This document shows positions 1 through 6,844 of a stretch of 19,387 nucleotides of DNA, one piece after another. The notes under the pieces were generated by a model. The model was given only the letters and a program-made list of their open reading frames with translations. It made no database searches and was not told the DNA's origin. Source of the stretch: Candidatus Latescibacterota bacterium (GTDB taxonomy: Bacteria > Latescibacterota > UBA2968). The position numbers and the translations under genes were made by a program. The stretch's first letter is position 1; each line of letters opens with the position of its first letter. Location of the stretch: assembly GCA_038279365.1 (NCBI GenBank), contig JAYODI010000001.1:182137-201523 (forward strand), in the 5' to 3' direction.

Positions 1-885
1 GATTTGACCATTCAGGTGGAATCGCGCTCTTCGCATGATGTTTTGGCCCGTAGCTTTTCGGGAATGGCGCAAAGTTTGCGAAATATGTTTCGCGATATTG
101 CTGAAAATGCAAAAGTGCTAAATGTGTCGTCTAACGAGATGACCAGCATGTCGAGCCAGATGTCGGCTCAATCGCAGGATCTGAATGAAAGATTTTCGGC
201 GATTGCGGCCGCGGCTGAAGAAATGAGTGCCAACATGGGAACGGTTTCTTCGAGCACTGAGGAGATGTCTGTTTCTATTGGTGATGTGTCTCAAAATACA
301 GAGCTGGCACGCGAGGCTGCTGCGGGTGCTGTGCGTAATGTGGAAGATGCTACACATCAGGTAACAACGTTGCAAGTGGCCGCTGCAGAGATTAATAAAG
401 TAATTGAAGTGATTGTTGAGATTGCCGAACAAACCAAATTGCTGGCACTCAATGCTACCATTGAGGCTGCACGTGCAGGTGAAGCGGGGAAAGGGTTTGC
501 CGTTGTGGCCAGTGAAGTTAAAGATCTTGCACAGCAGACAAATGATGCCACCAATGAAATTCGCTCACGCATTGAGGCGATGCAAACATCAACAACGAGC
601 ACAGTTTCTGAAATTGGCAATATCAGTGATGTGATTCGCAATATGAATGATATTGTTAACAGCATTGCATCTGCAGTGGATGAGCAGGCGACCACCACGC
701 AGGATATTGCTCAAAATATTTCGCAAGCGGCAATGGTGTCGCAGCAAATAGCTGTGGATATTTCTGCGGCCAGTCGCGCAAGTGCAGAGGTTGAAAGTGT
801 TGCTGAAACGGTGAATATGAAATCAAAAGATTTGGCTGTTTTGGGTGATGGTTTGGGAACGATGGTTGGTCGATTTAAGATTTGA
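1..885 (+). CDS. Methyl-accepting chemotaxis protein, C-terminal part (end of HAMP plus MCP signalling domain); 5'-truncated by the window edge
   Basis: Frame is open from base 1 ([23 protein letters not shown]-like). Contains the MCP hairpin-tip motif [37 protein letters not shown] and ends ...VGRFKI-TGA. The TTG at 4 is probably not the real start. Confidence 0.95.
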   Translation, partial: DLTIQVESRSSHDVLARSFSGMAQSLRNMFRDIAENAKVLNVSSNEMTSMSSQMSAQSQDLNERFSAIAAAAEEMSANMGTVSSSTEEMSVSIGDVSQNTELAREAAAGAVRNVEDATHQVTTLQVAAAEINKVIEVIVEIAEQTKLLALNATIEAARAGEAGKGFAVVASEVKDLAQQTNDATNEIRSRIEAMQTSTTSTVSEIGNISDVIRNMNDIVNSIASAVDEQATTTQDIAQNISQAAMVSQQIAVDISAASRASAEVESVAETVNMKSKDLAVLGDGLGTMVGRFKI

Positions 886-898
886 TTTTTGAAAATTG

Positions 899-933
899 AA
901 AAGCCCCAAGGAATTTTCCTTGGGGCTTTTTTT
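899..933. terminator. Bidirectional rho-independent terminator between convergent MCP and PhyH genes
   Basis: Perfect inverted repeat AAAAGCCCCAAGGA (899-912) / loop ATTT / TCCTTGGGGCTTTT (917-930), with a T-run on + and an A-run on the other side. Confidence 0.9.
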
Positions 934-1771
934 ATGCCAATGCTGCTGAGCAGTTTTCTTCTATCCAAACTTTTAAGGGAACATCTTCATCTTTGGGTGA
1001 AAAGAATCCGTTGCAATTGGTGCCATGTCCGAGGAGTTGTTTGCGAATGGGATCGCATTTGGCAAATAAGTCGGGGCGGATGGTGGTGTCGTCTTTGGTG
1101 CGTATCCAACGATAACCATAGCCATAAAAGAGGACTTTTCGCACAATGGGAGAGTGGTTGGGGCTGCGGGCATGGAAGAGGCGACGGTCAAAAAAGACGG
1201 CATCACCGCGATTTACACAAACAGGCATTGCACCATCGGGCAAACCATCTTGGGGTTTGTTTATGGCTTCTTTGAGATGGCTACCAGGCACAATGTAAAA
1301 ATTGCCCCGTCCTTCTTCTGAAACATCGCTAAGCCAGTAGGCGACTTTGAGGGAGATGCGTGGGCGTGGTGATGTGGTTTCGATGTCGGCATTGACGCGA
1401 CCACTGTCTTGATGAAAGCCGAGGGGGTATTTCATGGGCTCATGGTTGGGTTTTTCCTGTGGAGTGACCCCTAAGTGAGAATGATACAGATAAATGTTCC
1501 AGCCCATAATGCCCCAAACCTTTGGAAATACTTTGGGATTGTCGAGCAAATCGATAAAGGCTTGGTGCTGGCCCACAAAGTTTGGAAAGAAGAGATTGCC
1601 ATCATCTGATAGACCTTTGTATTTTTCTTCGGCCCAAATGGTGTCTACAATTTGTTCGAGCAAATCAAGATGATTTTCATTTACTGCATTGCGTACAATG
1701 AGGTATCCTTCCTCATTAAATTGACGGTGTTCTTCTTCTGTGAGAAGATGGTTTAATGCTGTTGTATCCAT
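932..1771 (-). CDS. Phytanoyl-CoA dioxygenase (PhyH) family Fe(II)/2-oxoglutarate-dependent oxygenase, 279 aa; substrate unknown
   Basis: N-terminal LTEEEHRQFNEEGYLIVRNAV, HxD motif FHQD, GNFYIVPGSH, distal His in GDAVFFDRRLFHARSPN, followed by R of RKVL. SD GGAGG upstream. Confidence 0.9.
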   Translation of the reverse strand: MDTTALNHLLTEEEHRQFNEEGYLIVRNAVNENHLDLLEQIVDTIWAEEKYKGLSDDGNLFFPNFVGQHQAFIDLLDNPKVFPKVWGIMGWNIYLYHSHLGVTPQEKPNHEPMKYPLGFHQDSGRVNADIETTSPRPRISLKVAYWLSDVSEEGRGNFYIVPGSHLKEAINKPQDGLPDGAMPVCVNRGDAVFFDRRLFHARSPNHSPIVRKVLFYGYGYRWIRTKDDTTIRPDLFAKCDPIRKQLLGHGTNCNGFFSPKDEDVPLKVWIEENCSAALA

Positions 1772-1783
1772 GTGCCCTCCTGC

Positions 1784-1812
1784 TTGACAATTGGCGGTTT
1801 TTTCAATAGGTT
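1784..1812 (+). promoter_or_regulatory. Putative sigma70-type promoter for the dsrM-dsrK-desulfurase-dsrC operon
   Basis: TTGACA (1784-1789), 17-nt spacer, TAGGTT (1807-1812). Confidence 0.55.
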
Positions 1813-1836
1813 AGGTGCGCCTTTGGGTATACAAAC

Positions 1837-1866
1837 AATGTAGTTGGGTGCTGTTGTGCTTGTCAA
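1837..1866 (-). promoter_or_regulatory. Putative sigma70-type promoter for the PhyH-family gene
   Basis: On the - strand: TTGACA (1866-1861), 18-nt spacer, TACATT (1842-1837). Confidence 0.45.
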
Positions 1867-1922
1867 TTAAAAATATAAATGACCATTTATTCATTTATTG
1901 TGTATGGGTCAATCAGGATGCT

Positions 1923-2708
1923 ATGGAACATTTTGCTTATTTTATCGTTTATCAATTGCCCTATGTCACCATTCCTTTTTATGGGGTGATGTTGTGTTTG
2001 CGCATTTGGGTGTGGCTTCGCTTTTATAATCCTGCACTCAAATTGCTTCCTCAGGCTTGGGGAACGGTGTTTCAGATTTGGCAACGGCAGTATCGCCCTA
2101 CCATTTATTTGTTTCCGGGGCGTCCACGTTCGCAGGGTTTGGAATGGATGCGTTCTCTCAAGGGGTTTTTGTTTTTTAGCGGGCTTTGGAAACGCGACAA
2201 AGTTTTGTGGGTGGGGTCTTGGTTGTTGCATGTAGGACTGGCTTTGTATGTGTTGGCTCATGTGAGGTTGGTTTTGCCTTTGAGTGCGCAAGCAGATTAT
2301 TTGTTGGTGTCGGCAACAACGGTGGGGTGTGGTTTGATGGTGGGATCTGGGATTTATCTGTTATTGCGTCGTGTGCTTGTGCAACGTGTTCGGGAGATTA
2401 CATCCTTTCGAGATTATTTATCTGACTTGGTATTGTTTGCATTTTCTTTTTCGGCTTTGATGGTTGCGCGCGATGGCGGTGTATCGGGCGAAGCTGTTGT
2501 GGCCTATGTGGTTGGTCTGGCAACATTTTCTGTGGTAATGATTGATGGCGGTGAATGGTGGGTGTGGCATCTGTTGGCTGTTCAGGTGTTGTTGGTGGTG
2601 ATGCCGTTTTCACATTTGTTGCATTTTGGTGGCATCTTTTTAAGCCGTCAGTTTTTGGGTACATCAGATTCGTTTGCTGGTGAGTTTGGAGAAAAAATCA
2701 AAAATTAA
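1923..2708 (+). CDS. dsrM: DsrM-like / NarI (nitrate reductase gamma) family dihaem cytochrome b membrane subunit, about 261 aa
   Basis: Several hydrophobic helices. Haem-b His pairs in SWLLHVGLALYVLAHVR and WHLLAVQVLLVVMPFSHLLHFGGIFLS. The segment YLLLRRVLVQRVREITSFRDY is typical of DsrM/HmeC. Start moved from the GTG at 1815 to the ATG at 1923 (AGGA SD just upstream). The symbol indicates family, not proven orthology. Confidence 0.82.
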   Translation: MEHFAYFIVYQLPYVTIPFYGVMLCLRIWVWLRFYNPALKLLPQAWGTVFQIWQRQYRPTIYLFPGRPRSQGLEWMRSLKGFLFFSGLWKRDKVLWVGSWLLHVGLALYVLAHVRLVLPLSAQADYLLVSATTVGCGLMVGSGIYLLLRRVLVQRVREITSFRDYLSDLVLFAFSFSALMVARDGGVSGEAVVAYVVGLATFSVVMIDGGEWWVWHLLAVQVLLVVMPFSHLLHFGGIFLSRQFLGTSDSFAGEFGEKIKN

Positions 2709-2743
2709 AAATTCAAAAAGGAGTTGTTGTTTTCTTTTTGAGT
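2694..2743. repeat. Short heptamer-period repeat with weak hairpin at the dsrM-dsrK junction
   Basis: AAAATCA AAAATTA AAAATTCA AAAAG (2694-2720) overlaps the dsrM stop. ATTCAAAAAG can pair imperfectly with CTTTTTTGAGT (2733-2743). Confidence 0.4.
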
Positions 2744-2777
2744 GGGATCTGGTCTGTTGTGTATATAGGGAACTGAA

Positions 2778-4139
2778 ATGGCAGTTGAAAACGAAGCAGG
2801 AGAACCCGAACGTCAAAAAAAATACATTCCCCCCGGTATGGTGGGAACATATATGCGGCGCATTGCAGATTCTGACCCATTCGTGCGTGATATTCAAGAT
2901 GAACCATCGGCATTGCGGTTGTATATGGATACGTGTACCAAATGTGGTGTGTGTGCCCAAGAGTGCCCTGTTTATTATGGCCAACCCAACAAACGCATGC
3001 ACCCTGTGGAACGTTCGCGCCAAGTGATACGTTTATATAAAAAGTATACAACATTTTGGGGGCGTTTTTGGGGCTCTATTTTTGACACGCCCGATTTTGA
3101 AGATAACGATGCGGAAGTTTTTGCAGAACGGATGTATGAGTGTTTAACGTGTCGGCGGTGTGCGGCTTATTGTCCTGTGGGCATCGATCATTCGGTTGTT
3201 TCGCGCGTGGGGCGATCATTGGTTGATCTGATGGGGTTAACGCCTCCCTCGTTGGCGCAAGGCACCCAGAACTCGCTTGAAACGGGCAACCTGGAAGGGG
3301 CTTCAACAGAAGCTTTTTTGGATGCCATTGCGTTTATTGAAGAAGAATTAAAAGAAGAAACTGGGGTAGATATTCCCATTCCTTTGGATAAAAAAGGCGC
3401 GGAAGTTTTCTTTTTGCCACCGTCTGGAGATGTGTTGGTTTATGCCGAAAACTTGATGGGCATGGCCAAGGTGTTTTATGCTGCTGGCGTGGATTGGACG
3501 ATGAGCTCTCGGGCTTACGATGGGTCAAATTTTGGGTTTACAACGGGCAATAATTTTTCGATGAAGTATGAAAATAAGCACTATATAGATGCGTGCGAGG
3601 TGCTGGATGCTAAGGTGATGGTGATGGGGGAGTGTGGGCATGCGTATCGGGTGATGAAGTTTATGGCAAGTGAAGGAAGATGGTGGGGAGAATTGTCTTT
3701 TGAAATTACGAGTGGTTTTGAATATACGGCACAACTGATTCGCGACGGACGCTTGAAATTGGATCCTTCTAAAAATGCAGACCCAGTTACGTATCACGAT
3801 TCGTGTCAGTTTGCGGCTGGGTGTGGTATTGTGAGCGAACCGCGTGAAATTTTGAAAGCGGCTTGTGCTGATTTTCGCGAAATGCCCGAAGGAGGCTACA
3901 CGCAGTGGTGTTGCGGTGGTGGTGGTGGGTTGTCGGCTTTGCGATCTGTGCGTGAATTTCGCATGCATATTTCTGGCAAAAAAAAGGCCGAACAGATGCG
4001 TGAGACCGATGCCAAGGTTGTATCTACATCGTGTTTGCAGTGTCGCACACAATTGAAAGAGATTGCACGCTATCATAAAATGCCACTTAAAATTACGGGT
4101 GTGCATGAGTTGGTAAACAATGCGATTGTTATAAAATAG
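2778..4139 (+). CDS. dsrK: DsrK-like (HdrD/HmcF/TmcB family) iron-sulfur protein with two ferredoxin-type [4Fe-4S] motifs and a CCG domain, 453 aa
   Basis: CTKCGVCAQECP and CLTCRRCAAYCPVGID (CxxCxxCxxxCP twice). DsrK-type GECGHAYR. CCG-domain residues TYHDSC...WCCGGGGG...SCLQCR. Lies directly downstream of the DsrM-like gene. Confidence 0.88.
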   Translation: MAVENEAGEPERQKKYIPPGMVGTYMRRIADSDPFVRDIQDEPSALRLYMDTCTKCGVCAQECPVYYGQPNKRMHPVERSRQVIRLYKKYTTFWGRFWGSIFDTPDFEDNDAEVFAERMYECLTCRRCAAYCPVGIDHSVVSRVGRSLVDLMGLTPPSLAQGTQNSLETGNLEGASTEAFLDAIAFIEEELKEETGVDIPIPLDKKGAEVFFLPPSGDVLVYAENLMGMAKVFYAAGVDWTMSSRAYDGSNFGFTTGNNFSMKYENKHYIDACEVLDAKVMVMGECGHAYRVMKFMASEGRWWGELSFEITSGFEYTAQLIRDGRLKLDPSKNADPVTYHDSCQFAAGCGIVSEPREILKAACADFREMPEGGYTQWCCGGGGGLSALRSVREFRMHISGKKKAEQMRETDAKVVSTSCLQCRTQLKEIARYHKMPLKITGVHELVNNAIVIK

Positions 4140-4214
4140 CACTCAGCGATCAGCCTTGGCTATCGGTTTTTGGGGGAGCCGAAAGCTTGTTGCTGACCAG
4201 CTAAAAGCTGAAAG
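4136..4214. repeat. Inverted heptamer tandem-repeat element (TCAGCNN / NNGCTGA) in the dsrK-desulfurase spacer
   Basis: Left arm ATAGCAC TCAGCGA TCAGCCT TGGCTA TCGGTTT; right arm AGCCGA AAGCTTG TTGCTGA CCAGCTAA AAGCTGA AAG. The right-arm units are reverse complements of the left-arm units. Confidence 0.7.
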
Positions 4215-4222
4215 TGGTTTTT

Positions 4223-5392
4223 ATGAGCGATTTGATTTATATGGACAATGCGGCAACGACCTACCCAAAACCGCCTGGTATATTGGAAGATGCGTTGGGC
4301 TTTTATCAAAAGTATGGGGTTAACCCTGGGCGAAGTGGTACCGACCTGGCTCAACAAGCTGAGGCGATGGTGGCTGAGGCACGCCAGTCTTTGACCTCAT
4401 TTTTGGGTGCGACGGGCAGTGCAGATAGATTGGTGTTTACACAAAATGCATCAGACTCCCTCAATATTGCGATTCAGGGTACGCTAAAAGCCGGAGATCA
4501 TGTGATTGCGACTTGTTTGGATCACAACTCTGTGTTGCGCCCGATCTATCATTTGACCAAATATGAAGGGGTTGAGGCAACGTATGTGCCGTTTGATGAG
4601 GCGGGTTATGTTGACCCCGATGCGATTGCACGGGCGATTCAACCCAACACAAAGCTTGTGGTAATGAGCCATGCTTCTAATGTTCTGGGAACCTTGCAAC
4701 CGATTGCTGAAGTGGGTGAAATTTGTCGTGCAAGGGGTGTGATTTTGTGTGTGGATGCGGCGCAAACGGCAGGTATGGTGCCCATTGATATGGAAGATAT
4801 GCAAGCCGATATTTTGTGCTTTACGGGGCACAAGTCTTTGATGGGGCCAACGGGTATTGGGGGGATGTATGTACGTGAAGGCGTGGATGTGGCCCCTTTG
4901 CGATATGGTGGCACGGGCGTGCGCTCAGAACACCTTGAGCACTTGGATGAATATCCGTGGCGTTTGGAATGCGGTACGGGTAATTTGCTGGGTATCGCTG
5001 GTTTGTTAAATGGGCAAAAGTGGATTGCCCGCGAAGGTTTGGGCAATATTCACGCGCGTGAAAAGGCTTTGTTTAAACAGTTGGTAAATGGCTTACGTGA
5101 GGTGGAGGGTGTGATTTTGTATGGTGCAGATCGTTTGGATGAACATGTGGCGGTGTTGTCGGTGAATGTGGTGGGTATGACTGCGAATAATGTGGGCACT
5201 TTGTTAGATGTAAAATTTAATGTGGCTACGCGTACGGGACTTCAGTGTGCGCCCAAGGTTCACGAGTTGTTGGGCACCAAAGATGTAAAGGGTACGGTCA
5301 GAATTTCATTGGGGCCGTTTAATACCGAATCTCATATTGAGACGGTGATAGAAGGTTTGGCTGATATTGCGTCTCGGCATGGAAAAAAATAG
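4223..5392 (+). CDS. Aminotransferase class V PLP enzyme: cysteine desulfurase (SufS/CsdA-related, group II-like) or selenocysteine lyase, about 389 aa
   Basis: IYMDNAATTYPKP, DHNSVLRP, VDAAQTAG, PLP-lysine motif FTGHKSLMGPTGIG, ECGTGN, catalytic Cys motif RTGLQCAP (Cys codon 5246), GTVRISLGPFNT. ATG at 4223 is preferred over GTG at 4214. Confidence 0.9.
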   Translation: MSDLIYMDNAATTYPKPPGILEDALGFYQKYGVNPGRSGTDLAQQAEAMVAEARQSLTSFLGATGSADRLVFTQNASDSLNIAIQGTLKAGDHVIATCLDHNSVLRPIYHLTKYEGVEATYVPFDEAGYVDPDAIARAIQPNTKLVVMSHASNVLGTLQPIAEVGEICRARGVILCVDAAQTAGMVPIDMEDMQADILCFTGHKSLMGPTGIGGMYVREGVDVAPLRYGGTGVRSEHLEHLDEYPWRLECGTGNLLGIAGLLNGQKWIAREGLGNIHAREKALFKQLVNGLREVEGVILYGADRLDEHVAVLSVNVVGMTANNVGTLLDVKFNVATRTGLQCAPKVHELLGTKDVKGTVRISLGPFNTESHIETVIEGLADIASRHGKK

Positions 5393-5471
5393 TCGCAAGT
5401 CTCAGGTCTGCAGGTCGCAGGTCAAAATCTGAAACCCGTGGTGTTGACTTGCAGACTTGCGATTTGTGACT
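5391..5471. repeat. About 80-bp palindromic element of inverted heptamer tandem repeats (RGTCGCA / TGCGACY), copy 1
   Basis: Left AGTCGCA AGTCTCA GGTCTGCA GGTCGCA GGTCAA; right TTGACT TGCAGACT TGCGATT TGTGACT. Bases 5399-5423 are identical to 15325-15349. Confidence 0.85.
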
Positions 5472-5503
5472 GTATTTTAAGATTTGAATCAAGGAGATGT
5501 GTG

Positions 5504-5827
5504 GTGCCTTTTAAAACTGTGACGTTGGGTGGGAAAGAGATTGAGGTGGATGAAGATGGGTTTATTCAGCAACCTGATTTGTGGGATGAGATGGTTGCGA
5601 AAGATTTGGCCGCGCAAGATGGCATTGTGGAAATGACCGAAGCACATTGGGCTGTGGTAAACTATATTCGCACCTATTGGCTCAAGTTTGAGATTGCCCC
5701 GCTTATTCGCAGATTGTGCAAAGAAACCGATTTGGATATTGATACCATTTACGATTTGTTTCCCAATGGGCCTGCTGACGGTGCGTGTAAAATTGCAGGT
5801 TTGCCAACACCGACAGGGTGTACGTAG
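5504..5827 (+). CDS. dsrC: DsrC/TusE family sulfur carrier with both conserved C-terminal cysteines (CX10C), about 107 aa
   Basis: EVDEDGFI, WDEMVA, MTEAHWAVVNYIRTYW, IYDLFPNGPADGACKIAGLPTPTGCT*. Cys codons at 5786 and 5819, the latter penultimate. SD AAGGAG (5491-5496) favours GTG 5504 (or 5501) over 5438. Confidence 0.92.
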   Translation: MPFKTVTLGGKEIEVDEDGFIQQPDLWDEMVAKDLAAQDGIVEMTEAHWAVVNYIRTYWLKFEIAPLIRRLCKETDLDIDTIYDLFPNGPADGACKIAGLPTPTGCT

Positions 5828-5853
5828 AAAAAGGATTTCAAAGGTGTATATAA

Positions 5854-5896
5854 AATAAAAAAGGGGGATCTCAAAAAGAGATCCCCCTTTTTTATT
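5854..5896. terminator. Bidirectional rho-independent terminator closing the dsr-like operon and the convergent mqnB-mqnD-garR unit
   Basis: Perfect 19-bp inverted repeat AATAAAAAAGGGGGATCTC / AAAAA / GAGATCCCCCTTTTTTATT. Confidence 0.92.
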
Positions 5897-5912
5897 ACTG
5901 ATATTTGCAGTG

Positions 5913-6812
5913 TTATTTGCCTGTGCGTGCTTGAATATTTGCCATGTCTTCGACAATGGTGAGTAAGCCCGAGTGATCGAGTTCGCCACGGTCTTTGACC
6001 ATTGCGGTTTTGAAAAGTTCGAATACTTCGCTGGTCACGGGCAATGGCACTTCAAAGTCGTTGCCTGTTTTTTGTACGATGTTGAGGTCTTTGTAATGGA
6101 GGCGAATGCGAAATCCGGGATCAAAGTCGCCATTGACCATGCGTTCACCACGGTTTTCGAGCACACCACAACGGGCAAGACCACCGCTTAAGACTTGTAC
6201 AATTTTGAGGGGGTCAACGCCCGCTTTGGCACCTAATGTGAGGGCTTCGGAAACGCCCGCAATGGTAACGGCTACGAGAATTTGATTGCAGGCTTTGACG
6301 GTTTGCCCTGCACTGAGTGGGCCACACAAAATGGCGCTTTTGCCCATGACATCGAAGAGTGGTTTGGCGGTGTTGAATGTGGCTTCTTCTCCGCCAACCA
6401 TAATGGAGAGGGTGGCATTTTTAGCACCGACATCCCCCCCGCTTACGGGTGCGTCGAGGCATTTGACGCCTTTTGTGGCCAATGCTTCACCTACCGATGT
6501 GGTTACACTGGGTGCAATGGTGCTCATGTCTACCCAAATCATGCCATCGTGTGCACCAGCCAAAAGGCCATTTTCTCCCAGGGCAACCCGCTCTACATCG
6601 GGTGAGTCGGGCAACATGGTGATCACTATGTCGCTGTTTTGTGCCACTTCTTTGGGTGAGGTGGCTTTGGAGGCACCTTGGCCAACCAATGCCTCAACGG
6701 CGGCTTGACTGCGATTGTGAACGGTGAGTTCGTAACCTGCTGCGATGAGGTGGCCAGCCATGGGTTTGCCCATAATGCCTAAGCCAATAAATCCTACTTT
6801 GGGTTTTGCCAT
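5913..6812 (-). CDS. garR: 2-hydroxy-3-oxopropionate (tartronate semialdehyde) reductase, beta-hydroxyacid dehydrogenase family, 299 aa
   Basis: Rossmann motif VGFIGLGIMGKPMA, ITMLPDSPDVE, DAPVSGG, catalytic Lys in GQTVKACNQILVA, FDPGFRIRLHYKDL, GELDHSGL. SD AAGGAG. garR versus glxR cannot be resolved by eye. Confidence 0.85.
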   Translation of the reverse strand: MAKPKVGFIGLGIMGKPMAGHLIAAGYELTVHNRSQAAVEALVGQGASKATSPKEVAQNSDIVITMLPDSPDVERVALGENGLLAGAHDGMIWVDMSTIAPSVTTSVGEALATKGVKCLDAPVSGGDVGAKNATLSIMVGGEEATFNTAKPLFDVMGKSAILCGPLSAGQTVKACNQILVAVTIAGVSEALTLGAKAGVDPLKIVQVLSGGLARCGVLENRGERMVNGDFDPGFRIRLHYKDLNIVQKTGNDFEVPLPVTSEVFELFKTAMVKDRGELDHSGLLTIVEDMANIQARTGK

Positions 6813-6844
6813 TCATAACTCCTTTTAGAAGGTCGCATCGTAAG

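Noticed and set aside
1923-2708. Respiratory nitrate reductase gamma subunit (narI) as the functional call
   Set aside because: Same fold, but there is no narGHJ and the partner gene is a CCG-domain DsrK/HdrD-like protein.
3915-3929. GGT trinucleotide repeat as a possible contingency locus
   Set aside because: It encodes the conserved CCGGGGG motif of the CCG domain.
5391-5471. CRISPR array or attenuator interpretation of the repeats at 5391-5471, 4136-4214 and 15325-15408
   Set aside because: The units are 7-8 nt in tandem without unique spacers, there are no cas genes, and no U-tract follows the hairpins.
5438-5503. N-terminal extension of DsrC (MVLTCRLAICDCILRF...) with extra cysteines
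   Set aside because: It is a translation of the repeat's right arm. The SD AAGGAG at 5491-5496 points to GTG 5504/5501.
1815-5827. Calling the organism a sulfate reducer or sulfur oxidiser from the dsrM/K/C-like genes
   Set aside because: There is no dsrAB, aprAB, sat, qmo, dsrEFH or dsrJOP in the window. DsrMK- and DsrC-like genes alone are not diagnostic, and the rest of the genome is unseen.
2778-5827. Selenocysteine (in-frame TGA) recoding in the sulfur operon
   Set aside because: dsrK, the desulfurase and dsrC end in TAG and are complete, with ordinary Cys codons at the catalytic positions.
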